A stretch of 63,240 nucleotides of DNA, counting the filler. It is 11 parts of 11 records of this genome, joined end to end, with 100 filler letters (N's around TTAATTAATTAA, not from the genome) between each part and the next. Parts side by side here need not be neighbours in the genome. Positions count along the whole stretch, not along the records: positions 6,645 to 11,984 come from SRR31147125_214802; positions 12,085 to 17,404 come from SRR31147125_217071; positions 17,505 to 22,863 come from SRR31147125_217563; 8 more parts are not named here. One strand, given 5' to 3'. Numbering within the stretch: the first letter of the stretch is position 1; each line of letters starts with the position of its first letter. The position numbers were made by a program, and so were the translations under genes. This document shows positions 8,300 to 17,898 of the stretch, in pieces. The notes under the pieces were generated by a model. The model did no database searches and was not told the DNA's origin. It was given only the letters and a program-made list of their open reading frames with translations.

Positions 8300-9097
8300 T
8301 TATATTGAATTTTGCTGCTCTCTCACAGACCGGATTGGCGAGATGATCGGTATGCCGTTTTCGTCATAATTGAGCGTGGCGATAACGCTGTATACGTCCC
8401 GGAGCATGTCGGCGGTTATGACAGTGCGCGGCGTGCCGGCGCTGTAAAAATTTCCGTTGTTGTCGATGACGATCAGACGATCGGCAAACCGTGCCGCCAG
8501 ATTGATGTCGTGGAGTACAACAATGACGCTGACGTCTTTATTTTGAACAATCCGGCGAAGCAGTGCACACAGCTCCAGCTGTTTTTGTAAATCAAGCGAA
8601 TTGACGGGCTCGTCGAGCAGAATGATTTTCGGGTCGCGCACAAGCGTCTGGGCGATAAATACCAGCTTTTTCTGGCCGCCGCTGAGCTCGCCGAAGCTGC
8701 GGGCCGCCAGAGATGCGATCCCCAGTGCGCGGAGCGTGTCCATAACGATGTCGAGGTCCTCGTCCGACACACGCCGGCCCAATTCCGGCAGACGGCCCAG
8801 AAGCACCATTTCAAGCACGGTCAACATGGAAAAATCGATATCCATTTGCGGCAGATAGGACATCAGCCGCGTTTTCTCTGCCGTCTTCATGGCGGTAACG
8901 CAGTCTTCGCCCATATAAATGGCGCCTTGATATTTCAGCAGACCGAAGATGGATTTAAGAAGCGTGGATTTCCCTGCGCCATTTGGGCCTAAAATAACGT
9001 TGAGGCCCGGGCCGAATTCTACATTCAGGTTGCTGAATACGGGCTGCTGGGCGCTGACGCCGTTATACGAAAAGGATAATCCCTGAACCTTTAGCAT
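8300..9097 (-). CDS. ABC transporter ATPase (FecE/BtuD type)
   Basis: Walker A GPNGAGKST, LSGGQ, ILLDEP, VLHDINLA; start MLKVQ overlaps the permease stop. Confidence 0.95.
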   Translation of the reverse strand: MLKVQGLSFSYNGVSAQQPVFSNLNVEFGPGLNVILGPNGAGKSTLLKSIFGLLKYQGAIYMGEDCVTAMKTAEKTRLMSYLPQMDIDFSMLTVLEMVLLGRLPELGRRVSDEDLDIVMDTLRALGIASLAARSFGELSGGQKKLVFIAQTLVRDPKIILLDEPVNSLDLQKQLELCALLRRIVQNKDVSVIVVLHDINLAARFADRLIVIDNNGNFYSAGTPRTVITADMLRDVYSVIATLNYDENGIPIISPIRSVREQQNSI

Positions 9098-10155
9098 CAC
9101 AGTGTCCTCATCTTTCTGAATATGATAGCCAGGAATATGGGGATGCCTATCACCGCCGTCACAAGCCCGATGGGCAGAATGACGCCCCGAATCACCAGCT
9201 TGCTGACGACAAATGACAGCGACACGACAAACGCGCCCAGCATGGCCGACAGCGGCAGGAAAAAGCGCTGATCCTCTCCAACAAACTGACGGGCGATATG
9301 CGGGGCGATGATGCCCACAAAGCCGATGGAGCCCACAAAGCAAACGGCAAACGCCGTGAGCAGGGACGTGAGCAGAATGACCATTCTGCGCATCCGCTGG
9401 GTATTGACGCCGAGGCTGCGCGCTTTCGTGTCGTCAAGCGTCATCGCCGTGAGCTTCCAGGAGTTTAGATACAGGATGATAAAGCAGACGAACAGGACGA
9501 CGAAGACGATCCAGAATTTTGTCCAGCTGGTTTTCAAAAGGCTGCCCATGTTCCAAAAAACCAGGCTTTTAAGGTCTTCATCGTCGGCAATAAACTGCAA
9601 AATCATCGTCAGAGCGCTGAAAAGAAAATTTTGCGCCACGCCAAACAGGATAATGGCATTTTTCCCGGCGCCGCGCCGGAGCGAAAAGGCGTAAACACAG
9701 ACAGACGCCAAAAGTGCGAAGAAAAACGCGTTCATGGTGATCATGACCGGTTCCGAAACATTCAAGACATTCGTATTGAGTATCAGGCCCAGCGCCGCGC
9801 CGAAGCTGGCCGCATTGGTGATGCCGAGCGTATAGGGGCTGGCAATCGGGTTGCGGAGAATAGTCTGGATTTCGCAGCCGCCGACGCCGAGACTGGCGCC
9901 GACCGCCACGGCCATCAGCGCCATCGGCAGGCGGATCTCCTGGATGATCATGACGTTGTGCCCCTCGCCCCGGCCTGCAAGCAAAACGATGATGATTTCC
10001 TTTAATGAAATATTGGACGAGCCGATGGAGATGTTCAGAAGCAGGAGCATGGTAACAGCAATCAGGAGAGCCGCCGTTAAAGCGGCTCTCTTTCTGATCA
10101 TACTGTGGTACAGCGCCCGGTTACTCAGCGTATCGGTTCTCTGCTTTTCGCGCAC
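9097..10155 (-). CDS. ABC transporter permease (FecCD/BtuC family)
   Basis: IRLP, QTILRNPIASPYTLG, ARSLGV, GSIGFVGIIAPH. Confidence 0.95.
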   Translation of the reverse strand: MREKQRTDTLSNRALYHSMIRKRAALTAALLIAVTMLLLLNISIGSSNISLKEIIIVLLAGRGEGHNVMIIQEIRLPMALMAVAVGASLGVGGCEIQTILRNPIASPYTLGITNAASFGAALGLILNTNVLNVSEPVMITMNAFFFALLASVCVYAFSLRRGAGKNAIILFGVAQNFLFSALTMILQFIADDEDLKSLVFWNMGSLLKTSWTKFWIVFVVLFVCFIILYLNSWKLTAMTLDDTKARSLGVNTQRMRRMVILLTSLLTAFAVCFVGSIGFVGIIAPHIARQFVGEDQRFFLPLSAMLGAFVVSLSFVVSKLVIRGVILPIGLVTAVIGIPIFLAIIFRKMRTL

Positions 10156-11723
10156 TATCCGATAACCTCGTTAACACCCTGGCACCATATGGTAATATCG
10201 CTGTCAACGAGCATAAAGCGGTCAAAAAATTCGTCCATGATGGCGTCGACGTCCGTATCCGCAAAATCCTCGGGATAGAACAGGGAAGCCAGCTGTAAGC
10301 AGCCGTAAAAGCTGAAAATAGACCGGCTCATCGCATGAGCCAATTCATACACATTGCCGTCCTTAACGGCCTGAAGATCATTCCAGCCCGTGCGATTGAC
10401 AATATCGAACGACGGGACGCTGAGCGTAGCGTTTTCGTGGTTGTCCATCCAGCCACCGCCGGCGCCGCTTGTGATGACAAATTCGGGATCGGCTTCAATA
10501 ACATATTCCGGGTCGAGCGTGTTTCCGCCGCCCTGACCCGAGGCCGCGTCCAGCAGGAGCGGGTCGGCAATATTGTTGCCGCCGGCGAGCGCGATCAGCA
10601 GGCCCCAGCCGCTGGCGCTCGTACTGGTGGAGCCGTAAACCTCGGAATAGCCGGATTTTTCATAATACACCGTCGGCTTGTCGGTTTTTGCATCAAGATT
10701 TTTGGAAGCAATTAGCGCATACTGCTCGTCAATAAAGCTTGTCACCTCGGCGGCCCGGTCTTCCTTCTGGAATATCTGCCCGAGCAGCTCAAGCGTCTGC
10801 TGCGCCGACGTGTCGATGGATTTTCCGGGCACGTCGATCATGACAATGGGGATGCCCGCCTCGGTCAGCAGAGGTTCGACTTCCAGGGCATATTTGTGCG
10901 CGGCCATCGCGGAATTGACAATCAATACGTCGGGATCCATGGCGAGGATCATTTCCAGGTCAAACGGTGCGTTGTGCTCGGAAATCTGGCCAAAGTGCTC
11001 CATATAAGGGCCAACAATTGGCATGTAGAGGCTGCTGTATCGCTCAATACCGCCGCCGCCGTCCTGACCGGAGGCAACGAGCATGTTAAAGGCTTCTTCC
11101 CCAAGCAGAGGGATCATGTAGTCGATGACATCCATCGTGCTGATGGCATAGGTTGAAATCGGGAGATCAATGCTGACCTCACGGCCCTTGACATCCGTCA
11201 CAACGATGGTGTCCGTGATCGGCGCCTTTTCCGGCATTGATTCGGGGTTGAACTCAACGGCTTGGGCCGTTTGGGCCTGCGTGGCAGTAAATCCGTACGC
11301 GGCGGGATCAAGGCCGGCGCTCTCAAGCGCGTCGGCCACGGCGGCTGTGATGGCTTGGCCGGTGATAGTCGCACCGGATACCATATCGATGTCAAGCGTC
11401 TGGGCGTCGATGATCGCGCCCGGGAGCTGCTCGATGGCGATGGTTCCAACGCCTTCGGTTTCACCATGGTCTTTGCCCACGTCAATATTTGTGATTTTCC
11501 CGTCGGCGTCCAGTTCGACGGTGACGGTAACGTCTCCGTGGTATCCGGCTGCCGTCCCCGTATAAGTACCGTCATAGCTGACGGGCTCGGAAACTTCGGG
11601 CGAAGCCGCGTCCGAGGCCGATACGTCTGGGGATTCATCCGTGCCTGAATTATTTGAGGCGCAGGACGCAAGCGTCATAAGCAGTAGTAGGGCTGCCAGT
11701 AAAATGGCTGCAAGTCGTTTCAT
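10155..11723 (-). CDS. Lipoprotein substrate-binding protein (class III, BtuF/FhuD-like) with an N-terminal FMN-binding (flavinylation) domain
   Basis: Lipobox LASC; DGTYTGTAAGYHGDVTVTV...DMVSGATITG; then VTDVKGREVSI, DPEYVIEADPEF, WNDLQAVKDGNVY. Confidence 0.9.
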   Translation of the reverse strand: MKRLAAILLAALLLLMTLASCASNNSGTDESPDVSASDAASPEVSEPVSYDGTYTGTAAGYHGDVTVTVELDADGKITNIDVGKDHGETEGVGTIAIEQLPGAIIDAQTLDIDMVSGATITGQAITAAVADALESAGLDPAAYGFTATQAQTAQAVEFNPESMPEKAPITDTIVVTDVKGREVSIDLPISTYAISTMDVIDYMIPLLGEEAFNMLVASGQDGGGGIERYSSLYMPIVGPYMEHFGQISEHNAPFDLEMILAMDPDVLIVNSAMAAHKYALEVEPLLTEAGIPIVMIDVPGKSIDTSAQQTLELLGQIFQKEDRAAEVTSFIDEQYALIASKNLDAKTDKPTVYYEKSGYSEVYGSTSTSASGWGLLIALAGGNNIADPLLLDAASGQGGGNTLDPEYVIEADPEFVITSGAGGGWMDNHENATLSVPSFDIVNRTGWNDLQAVKDGNVYELAHAMSRSIFSFYGCLQLASLFYPEDFADTDVDAIMDEFFDRFMLVDSDITIWCQGVNEVIG

Positions 11724-11822
11724 ATGTATCTCCTTTTATCATGAATCATTATTGCGGATATGCCTGTTTGTCCGGTCAACCACGCTCCCTCCGAATGTGT
11801 GCTGCCGGGACGGCTTGGCAAT

Positions 11823-11857
11823 AAAAAAGCCGCACCAATCCCAGGATTGATGCAGCC
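11823..11857 (-). terminator. Leader terminator (riboswitch expression platform)
   Basis: Minus strand GCTGCATCAATC-CTGG-GATTGGTGCGGC-TTTTTT, about 100 nt before the start codon. Confidence 0.8.
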
Positions 11858-11913
11858 GTATTCCGCATAATTCATGATGCCCAAGATTCGGTTAACCGGT
11901 AATGGGCCTTTCC

Positions 11914-11984
11914 AAGCAGGTCTTCTGACTCGCGTTTGGGGAGACTAACCTCCTGCGGCGCGCACTCTGCCTTCCCAGTTTCCC
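11914..11984 (-). ncRNA. Cobalamin riboswitch, 3' half (5' part cut by contig end)
   Basis: Minus strand GGGAAACTGGGAAGG...GAGTCAGAAGACCTGC, the conserved B12-box elements. Confidence 0.9.
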
Positions 11985-12084
11985 NNNNNNNNNNNNNNNN
12001 NNNNNNNNNNNNNNNNNNNNNNNNNNNNTTAATTAATTAANNNNNNNNNNNNNNNNNNNNNNNNNNNNNNNNNNNNNNNNNNNN
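11985..12084. other. Artificial contig spacer
   Basis: N44-TTAATTAATTAA-N44. Confidence 0.99.
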
Positions 12085-12085
12085 C

Positions 12086-12652
12086 GATTACGACCGCGAG
12101 AAGCTCCAGGAACGCCTGGCAAAGCTGTCGGGCGGCGTAGCCGTCATCAAGGTCGGCGCTGCCACCGAGACTGAGATGAAGGAAAAGAAGCTGCGTATCG
12201 AGGATGCGCTCAACGCGACGAAGGCCGCTGTTGAGGAAGGCATCGTCGCCGGCGGCGGCACGATCTATGTCGTGGCTTCAAAGGCTGTTGAAAAGCTCCT
12301 CAAGGAAGTTTCAGGGGATGAGAAAACCGGCGTCATGCTGGTTGCCAAGGCACTTCAGGCGCCCATCAAGCAGATTGCTATGAACGCCGGCCTTGAAGGT
12401 CCCGTCATTCTTGACAAGGTCAAGAGCAATAAATCCGCTTCCTACGGCTTTGACGCCGCCAAGGAAGAGTATGCCGACCTCATTAAGTCCGGTATCGTCG
12501 ATCCGACGAAGGTCTGCCGCTCTGCTCTGGAGAACGCCGCATCCGTGGCCGCAATGGTCCTGACGACCGAGTCGCTCGTATCCGACATTCCCGAGCCTCC
12601 CGCGCCGGCTCCCGCTGCTCCCGATATGGGCGGCATGGGCGGCATGTATTAA
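12086..12652 (+). CDS. groL: Chaperonin GroEL, C-terminal part
   Basis: [28 protein letters not shown]...GIVDPTKV...MGGMGGMY. Confidence 0.99.
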   Translation, partial: DYDREKLQERLAKLSGGVAVIKVGAATETEMKEKKLRIEDALNATKAAVEEGIVAGGGTIYVVASKAVEKLLKEVSGDEKTGVMLVAKALQAPIKQIAMNAGLEGPVILDKVKSNKSASYGFDAAKEEYADLIKSGIVDPTKVCRSALENAASVAAMVLTTESLVSDIPEPPAPAPAAPDMGGMGGMY

Positions 12653-12683
12653 TCGATTACCTTCTTATAAAACCGCAAAGTAT

Positions 12684-12714
12684 AAGGCGCACAGGAGAAA
12701 TCCTGTGCGCCTTT
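12684..12714 (+). terminator. groEL terminator
   Basis: AAGGCGCACAGGA-GAAA-TCCTGTGCGCCTTT. Confidence 0.85.
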
Positions 12715-12775
12715 CAATCTGTCAAAAAGCTGCTCCACCGGCTTTTTTGATAAATTAGAATATTAAGCCAAGCTC

Positions 12776-12804
12776 GAGAACCAAACGCCAGTCTCATCCG
12801 TCTA
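12776..12804 (+). promoter_or_regulatory. ECF-type (probably autoregulatory) promoter
   Basis: GAGAAC-N17-CGTCTA upstream of the ECF sigma gene. Confidence 0.65.
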
Positions 12805-12841
12805 ATGTATGACCGGTCAAAACAGATAAGGAGTACACACA

Positions 12842-13327
12842 TTGACAAGTGAAGAGTTTTCAGAGCAAATAGTTAATATGATGCAAACGCTTTATCGTGT
12901 CAGTTATTCGCAGTTATCACAAAGCTGCGACCGTGATGAGGCGGTGCAGGAATGCCTTTTAAAGGCCTGGCAAAAACGCGGGCAGTTAAAACAGCCGCGC
13001 TTTATGAAGACCTGGGTTATCCGGATACTGATCAATGAGTGCCGCAATATCCAAAGAAAACGATGACGTGAAGTTCCGCTGGACGAGCTGCCGAAACGTG
13101 TTGCGCCGGCCGATGCCGATTATGAATTGCACGACGCGCTTTTACATCTGGACGAGAAACTGCGCTTGCCCATTATCCTGCACTACATAGAGGGTTTTAC
13201 CGTCAGTGAGATCGCGGATATCCTGCGCTGGCCTCAGGGGACGGTTAAGTCGCGGATGAACCGCGGCCGATCGGAGCTAAGAAAATCATTGACCGGGGAG
13301 GTTTATGCAAAATCATGCGGACTATGA
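12842..13327 (+). pseudogene. ECF sigma factor (SigV/SigW-like) with an in-frame TGA at 13064-13066
   Basis: Region 2 (DEAVQECLLKAW, KTWVIRILINEC) and region 4 (LHYIEGFTVSEIADIL..GTVKSRMNRGR) are in the same frame, separated by KR*REVPLDEL. Confidence 0.88.
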
Positions 13328-14472
13328 AAGAGCTTGGCAATGCCTTTGGAAAGGCCGATAACGCCTTTGTGGATAACGTTTACCATACCCTTGGCGCCAT
13401 ACAAAAAAAACAGGTCAGGCGACCTGGAAAGTCAATCCTCAACAAAAATCTGCGCTTTGTTGCGGCTGTTGCAATCGTGTGCATACTGCTGGCCGGCATG
13501 GCTCTGGCGGCAACGAATACCTGGGGCGTGCTCGATTTTCTCCGGGAACGGGATAATAGCATAGACGTCTTACCCCAAGCCAGCGAGATTGTACAAACAA
13601 ACGTGCCCCAGGCTCCTGCAAGTCCGGCTCCTACAAGTCAAGTTCCGGCAGATCAGGTTCCGGCGAGCACGGATGTTGCGGATTTCTCGGTACGTGAAGC
13701 CATATACGACGGAAACAACTTCTACCTCATCGTTGATGTAAAGCCGGCGCGCGATACGTATTTACTGCTGGGGCCGGATGTCTACCCCCAGGACACCTGG
13801 TGCGACATGGGTCCGCTTTACAGCGATAAAACCGGCGCCATCTCCGATTATGCCGAAGAGCACGGCAAGGAGATGATTCAGACGAACGTACAGGTAGATG
13901 GAACGAACGGCCAGAGCCTTCAGTATCTCCTCCAGCAGGACGGAACGCTCACCTTTATGATCCACGGCAGTCTGATTGACGACTCCGACAAGACAGAGCT
14001 GGAGCTCGCCTGTATTATCGCCCCATTTGAAAACTTGAACGGCAAAGAGGTTGTTTTACAGGAAAATATCGAACGCGCTTCCCTTAAGATCACGCTTGAA
14101 AACACGGGTACCCGTGAACTGGTATCCAGCATCGTTCCGGCAGAATATGAAAGCTGCGGTGTCCGTATTGACAACATTACGCTAAAAGCTTCTGAAATGG
14201 CTGTCTATACCGAAATTCGTTATACTGTTATTGATGAGGCGAAATTTGCCGCAACCGATACCGGATTAGCGTTCGAATTTTTAGATTCGGACGGCAACAG
14301 CTTGCCATTCGGCGGGGCGGCAGGCGGAGAGACCATAATCGAGGACGATATACATTATGTCGTAAAAAGCTCTATTAGCGCAATGGAAGTTTTGCCGCAG
14401 GAGATCGCTGTCCGGGGCTATAATTTCTGGGACAAAAACAGATATGAGACAAACACATTTGAACTGAGATAG
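13315..14472 (+). CDS. Putative anti-sigma factor (single TM, extracellular DUF4179-like region)
   Basis: Overlaps the sigma 3' end; short cytoplasmic N-terminus, TM ending ALAA, acidic extracellular domain. Confidence 0.7.
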   Translation: MRTMKELGNAFGKADNAFVDNVYHTLGAIQKKQVRRPGKSILNKNLRFVAAVAIVCILLAGMALAATNTWGVLDFLRERDNSIDVLPQASEIVQTNVPQAPASPAPTSQVPADQVPASTDVADFSVREAIYDGNNFYLIVDVKPARDTYLLLGPDVYPQDTWCDMGPLYSDKTGAISDYAEEHGKEMIQTNVQVDGTNGQSLQYLLQQDGTLTFMIHGSLIDDSDKTELELACIIAPFENLNGKEVVLQENIERASLKITLENTGTRELVSSIVPAEYESCGVRIDNITLKASEMAVYTEIRYTVIDEAKFAATDTGLAFEFLDSDGNSLPFGGAAGGETIIEDDIHYVVKSSISAMEVLPQEIAVRGYNFWDKNRYETNTFELR

Positions 14473-14505
14473 ACCGGACATAAATCTTAACACTGTCAAT
14501 AATCC

Positions 14506-14541
14506 AAGGCGCATGGGGTTACCCATGCGCCTTATTTTTTC
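14506..14541 (+). terminator. Intrinsic terminator
   Basis: AAGGCGCATGGG-GTTA-CCCATGCGCCTT-ATTTTTTT. Confidence 0.9.
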
Positions 14542-14562
14542 GCCCCTCACCTGTTTTTCTCA

Positions 14563-14591
14563 TTTACATTAAGGCCGGATTATGCTATGAT
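14563..14591 (+). promoter_or_regulatory. SigA-type promoter (extended -10)
   Basis: TTTACA-N17-TATGAT with TGn. Confidence 0.6.
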
Positions 14592-14627
14592 GAGCGCACT
14601 TATTACGCTTAAACAGGGAGTGCAAGG

Positions 14628-15341
14628 ATGCACAAGATAAACCGTGAGCGCCGAGAGTATTACATATATGTTGTGCTGTCAAAGACGCCGACAAAATTTG
14701 GCGGGGTCATCAGAAGACTGGCGGGTATTGAGTATAACCACGCCTCCATCGCGTTTGACAGCCAGCTGAAACAGCTTTACTCCTTTGCCCGTCGTCAGTA
14801 TAAAAACCCACTGGACGCGGGTCTCGTGCGCGAGCATTTCGACTCTTTTTCACTCCGGCGCGTTGCCCAGGTGGACGTCCGCATCTATAAAATTCCCGTC
14901 ACACGTGAGCAGTATCTCAACGGAAAATCCCGTATTCTGGAAATTAAACATGACACGGACGGCTATCTGTATAATCTCTTCTCCGTCCTCTTCTACCCCC
15001 TCACAAAAGGCTTCGAAACGTATAAGGCCTATACCTGCGCCGAGTTTGTAGCACATATGATCCGGACGATGGATATTGAGCTGATGCCCGGCAAGCTGGA
15101 CTGTGCTTACACGCCGCAGGAAATCGGCGATTGTATTAGCGACTGTCTGATGTATGAGGGTAATCTGCTGGAGTATTGCCAGATGCCGCCATGGGAGAGT
15201 ATCTTTTTCGACCGACCGGGTTACCGGCGGAAAGCGAAAACCAGCGCCGTTTTGGTGTTCAGACTCTTGTTTCGCATGCTTCGTTTCAGCGGCGCTTTTG
15301 TAACAATGATAAACTTAATAAGCTTGTCCGGCATCCGATGA
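14628..15341 (+). CDS. Hypothetical protein, permuted papain-like (NlpC/P60 superfamily) candidate
   Basis: His motif YNHASIAFD precedes Cys motif YTCAEFVA, then YTP. Confidence 0.65.
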   Translation: MHKINRERREYYIYVVLSKTPTKFGGVIRRLAGIEYNHASIAFDSQLKQLYSFARRQYKNPLDAGLVREHFDSFSLRRVAQVDVRIYKIPVTREQYLNGKSRILEIKHDTDGYLYNLFSVLFYPLTKGFETYKAYTCAEFVAHMIRTMDIELMPGKLDCAYTPQEIGDCISDCLMYEGNLLEYCQMPPWESIFFDRPGYRRKAKTSAVLVFRLLFRMLRFSGAFVTMINLISLSGIR

Positions 15342-15366
15342 CCATCTGTGTCCTCGGATGCTTTTT

Positions 15367-15395
15367 TGGAACTTTATAATAAACCGGACCGTCAA
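15367..15395 (+). promoter_or_regulatory. Second ECF-type promoter
   Basis: TGGAAC-N17-CGTCAA, same core and spacing as 12776-12804. Confidence 0.6.
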
Positions 15396-15441
15396 AACAA
15401 ACGTCACGTGACCCTACAGCAATTATTATGAGGTGAATTGA

Positions 15442-17370
15442 ATGAAAGGAAAAAGACTCCTGCCGGCACTTGTCGGCATAGCCCTGCTGGTCGGCCTGTT
15501 TACAGGCTGCGGCACATCCCTGGCCAATAATGACGTCACACCGGGCAACCCGTCGCCGTCCGGCGGGAACATAGATAATGAAGATCCGGCGTTTGCCGAA
15601 AGCTACGAGGATATCTTTAAGGCCATCCAAAACGCTCAAACACGAAACGCCGAGGGCAACGGCATCGCTGTCGATACCGCCGCGGGTTTTGCGGTCCCCG
15701 AGTCAGCTCCCGTCCCCTCACCCGCGCCCGCCCTGGACGGCGCTGATACAGGCGGCAAAGCCTATTCGGAGACAAACGTCCAGGTTACCGGTGTCGACGA
15801 AGGCGATATTGTGAAAACAGACGGCGATTATATTTATGTCCTGCGCGACAACGAGCTGATCATTTTTAAGGCGGACGGCGCGTCAACCGTCCAGGTATCG
15901 GCGGTAAAGGTTGCCGGCGGTGATTCAGCCGAAACCGATGACGAGAAGCTTATGACAAACGATTACGCATCGGATATTTTTGTGACGGGCAACACGGCCG
16001 TTGTCGTCGTCTCCCAATACCGATACATGCCCTACGCAGAAAGCCCCGACGGTAAAGTCGCCGCCCTGCCGTACGGCGGCGACAAGCAAATTTCCATGGT
16101 ACGCATTTACGATATCACGGACCGCACAAACCCCGTATTGAAGAACGAGCTGGGACAGGATGGTTACGTACTCACCACGCGTCTGATCGATACGACGCTG
16201 TATATGATTTCAACGTACTACGTCTATAATCCGAGCGAAGAAAACGACGGAACGTATATTCCCAGCGTTTACGCCAACGGGACTTCCGAATTGATAAAAG
16301 CCGGCGATATCGCGATCATGCCCTATTTTGACTCGACGTCCTATACAGTCGTCTGCGCGTATGATCTGAACAGCGCCGCGCTGAGCGCCAGCCAGTCGCT
16401 CCTCGGCGGCGGGTCGACCGTTTATATGAACGCCGATACGCTTTTCATCGCCGCGTCAACAAACCGGCAGACAGCCGGCACGCCATACAGCAAGAGCGTT
16501 TATACCGTCACCGATTACACGAGAACAAATGTCACGGATATCACAAGCTTTGACGTTTCCGGTGGCGGCCTGGCGCTGAAAGCCTCCGGCACGGTGACCG
16601 GCTATCTCAACAGCCAGTTCAATATGGATGAATATGACGGGAACCTTCGTGTCGTCACAACGACGTATACGGAGAGCTGGACGGAGTATACGGATGAGGA
16701 GATGGGCTGGACCAACTATATTTGGGGTGACAGCGAAAATTCCAACGCGTTATACGTTCTGGACAGCTCGATGAACGTTGTCGGCAGCATTGAGAATCTG
16801 TCCGCGGATGAGCAGGTTTACGGCGTTCGCTTTGACGGCGCGACCGGTTATGTCGTTACCTTCCGCCAGGTCGACCCGCTGTTTGCCGTTGATCTGAGCG
16901 ATCCGGTGCAGCCCGCCGTCCTCAGTGCCCTGAAGATTCCCGGCTTCTCCGAGTACCTGCACATCTACAGTGAAGGGCGTCTGTTTGGCCTCGGCATGGA
17001 CGCCGACGAGGAAACCGGCCGGACCTCCGGCATGAAGCTGACGATGTTTAATACTGAAGACCCGACGGATGTAACGGAGAAGCACACGCTGAAGCTGGAT
17101 TCAGGCTATTCCGCCGCTTTGTACAATCACAAGGCCATTCTCATCTCGGCGGATCAATCCATCATCGCCTTCCCTGCCGAAAACGGCTATGATATCTACG
17201 GCTACGCCGACGATACAGGCTTTTATAAAAGGGCGAGCATCACAGGCGTCGAATGGTACGGCGATGGCCGCGGCCTGTACATCAGCAATACCGCCTATAT
17301 CGTCAGCAATAACGCCGTGACGGTTCTTGATATGTCTGATTTCTCCATCATTACGCAAGTTGCTTTTTAA
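15442..17370 (+). CDS. Secreted lipoprotein with beta-propeller domain (Beta_propel family)
   Basis: Lipobox FTGC; YSETNVQVTGVDEGDIVKTDG, NSQFNMDEY, YVVTFRQVDPLFAVDL, LKIPGFSEYLH. Confidence 0.9.
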   Translation: MKGKRLLPALVGIALLVGLFTGCGTSLANNDVTPGNPSPSGGNIDNEDPAFAESYEDIFKAIQNAQTRNAEGNGIAVDTAAGFAVPESAPVPSPAPALDGADTGGKAYSETNVQVTGVDEGDIVKTDGDYIYVLRDNELIIFKADGASTVQVSAVKVAGGDSAETDDEKLMTNDYASDIFVTGNTAVVVVSQYRYMPYAESPDGKVAALPYGGDKQISMVRIYDITDRTNPVLKNELGQDGYVLTTRLIDTTLYMISTYYVYNPSEENDGTYIPSVYANGTSELIKAGDIAIMPYFDSTSYTVVCAYDLNSAALSASQSLLGGGSTVYMNADTLFIAASTNRQTAGTPYSKSVYTVTDYTRTNVTDITSFDVSGGGLALKASGTVTGYLNSQFNMDEYDGNLRVVTTTYTESWTEYTDEEMGWTNYIWGDSENSNALYVLDSSMNVVGSIENLSADEQVYGVRFDGATGYVVTFRQVDPLFAVDLSDPVQPAVLSALKIPGFSEYLHIYSEGRLFGLGMDADEETGRTSGMKLTMFNTEDPTDVTEKHTLKLDSGYSAALYNHKAILISADQSIIAFPAENGYDIYGYADDTGFYKRASITGVEWYGDGRGLYISNTAYIVSNNAVTVLDMSDFSIITQVAF

Positions 17371-17404
17371 CCGGAGTGAATTGTCAAACTAAGTGCAACA
17401 GGCA

Positions 17405-17504
17405 NNNNNNNNNNNNNNNNNNNNNNNNNNNNNNNNNNNNNNNNNNNNTTAATTAATTAANNNNNNNNNNNNNNNNNNNNNNNNNNNNNNNNNNNNNNNN
17501 NNNN
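17405..17504. other. Artificial contig spacer
   Basis: N44-TTAATTAATTAA-N44. Confidence 0.99.
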
Positions 17505-17892
17505 GCCGCGCCTGCACTTTGACGGAGGCTTCAAAAGGCGCAAACCGGGCGCCCGTCTCTTTGATGACATCCAGAATTCCACATTTCCGGGCAACAGTCT
17601 CCGGGCTGCCGATTCCGGGGGAATCTCCCACGCTGACAATGCCACCTGCGGCCTGTGCTGAGAGGATGACCGCGCGGACAATTTCTGGATGTGTCGTCAC
17701 GGCCAGGCCCGGCTCTTTGCCGGCCAGCATGTTCGGCTTGATAAGTACTGTCTGTCCCGGTTTGACGAAGGCAGACATGCCGCCCAAAGGGTCCAGTAGA
17801 TTGGTCAGCGTTTGCGCGACCTGTTGTGGATCATAGGATCTTAATTGTTGGAGTGAAACCTGCTCTTGAGGTCTGTCAGTCTGAGGTGGCAT
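17505..17892 (-). CDS. DUF362 domain protein, N-terminal part
   Basis: LGGMSAFVKPGQTVLIKPN...VTTHPEIV...VGDSP. Confidence 0.9.
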
Positions 17893-17898
17893 GAGGTC

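Noticed and set aside
13064-13110. Selenocysteine reading of the ECF TGA
   Set aside because: The position is a basic linker, not a conserved Cys site, and I see no convincing SECIS hairpin downstream.
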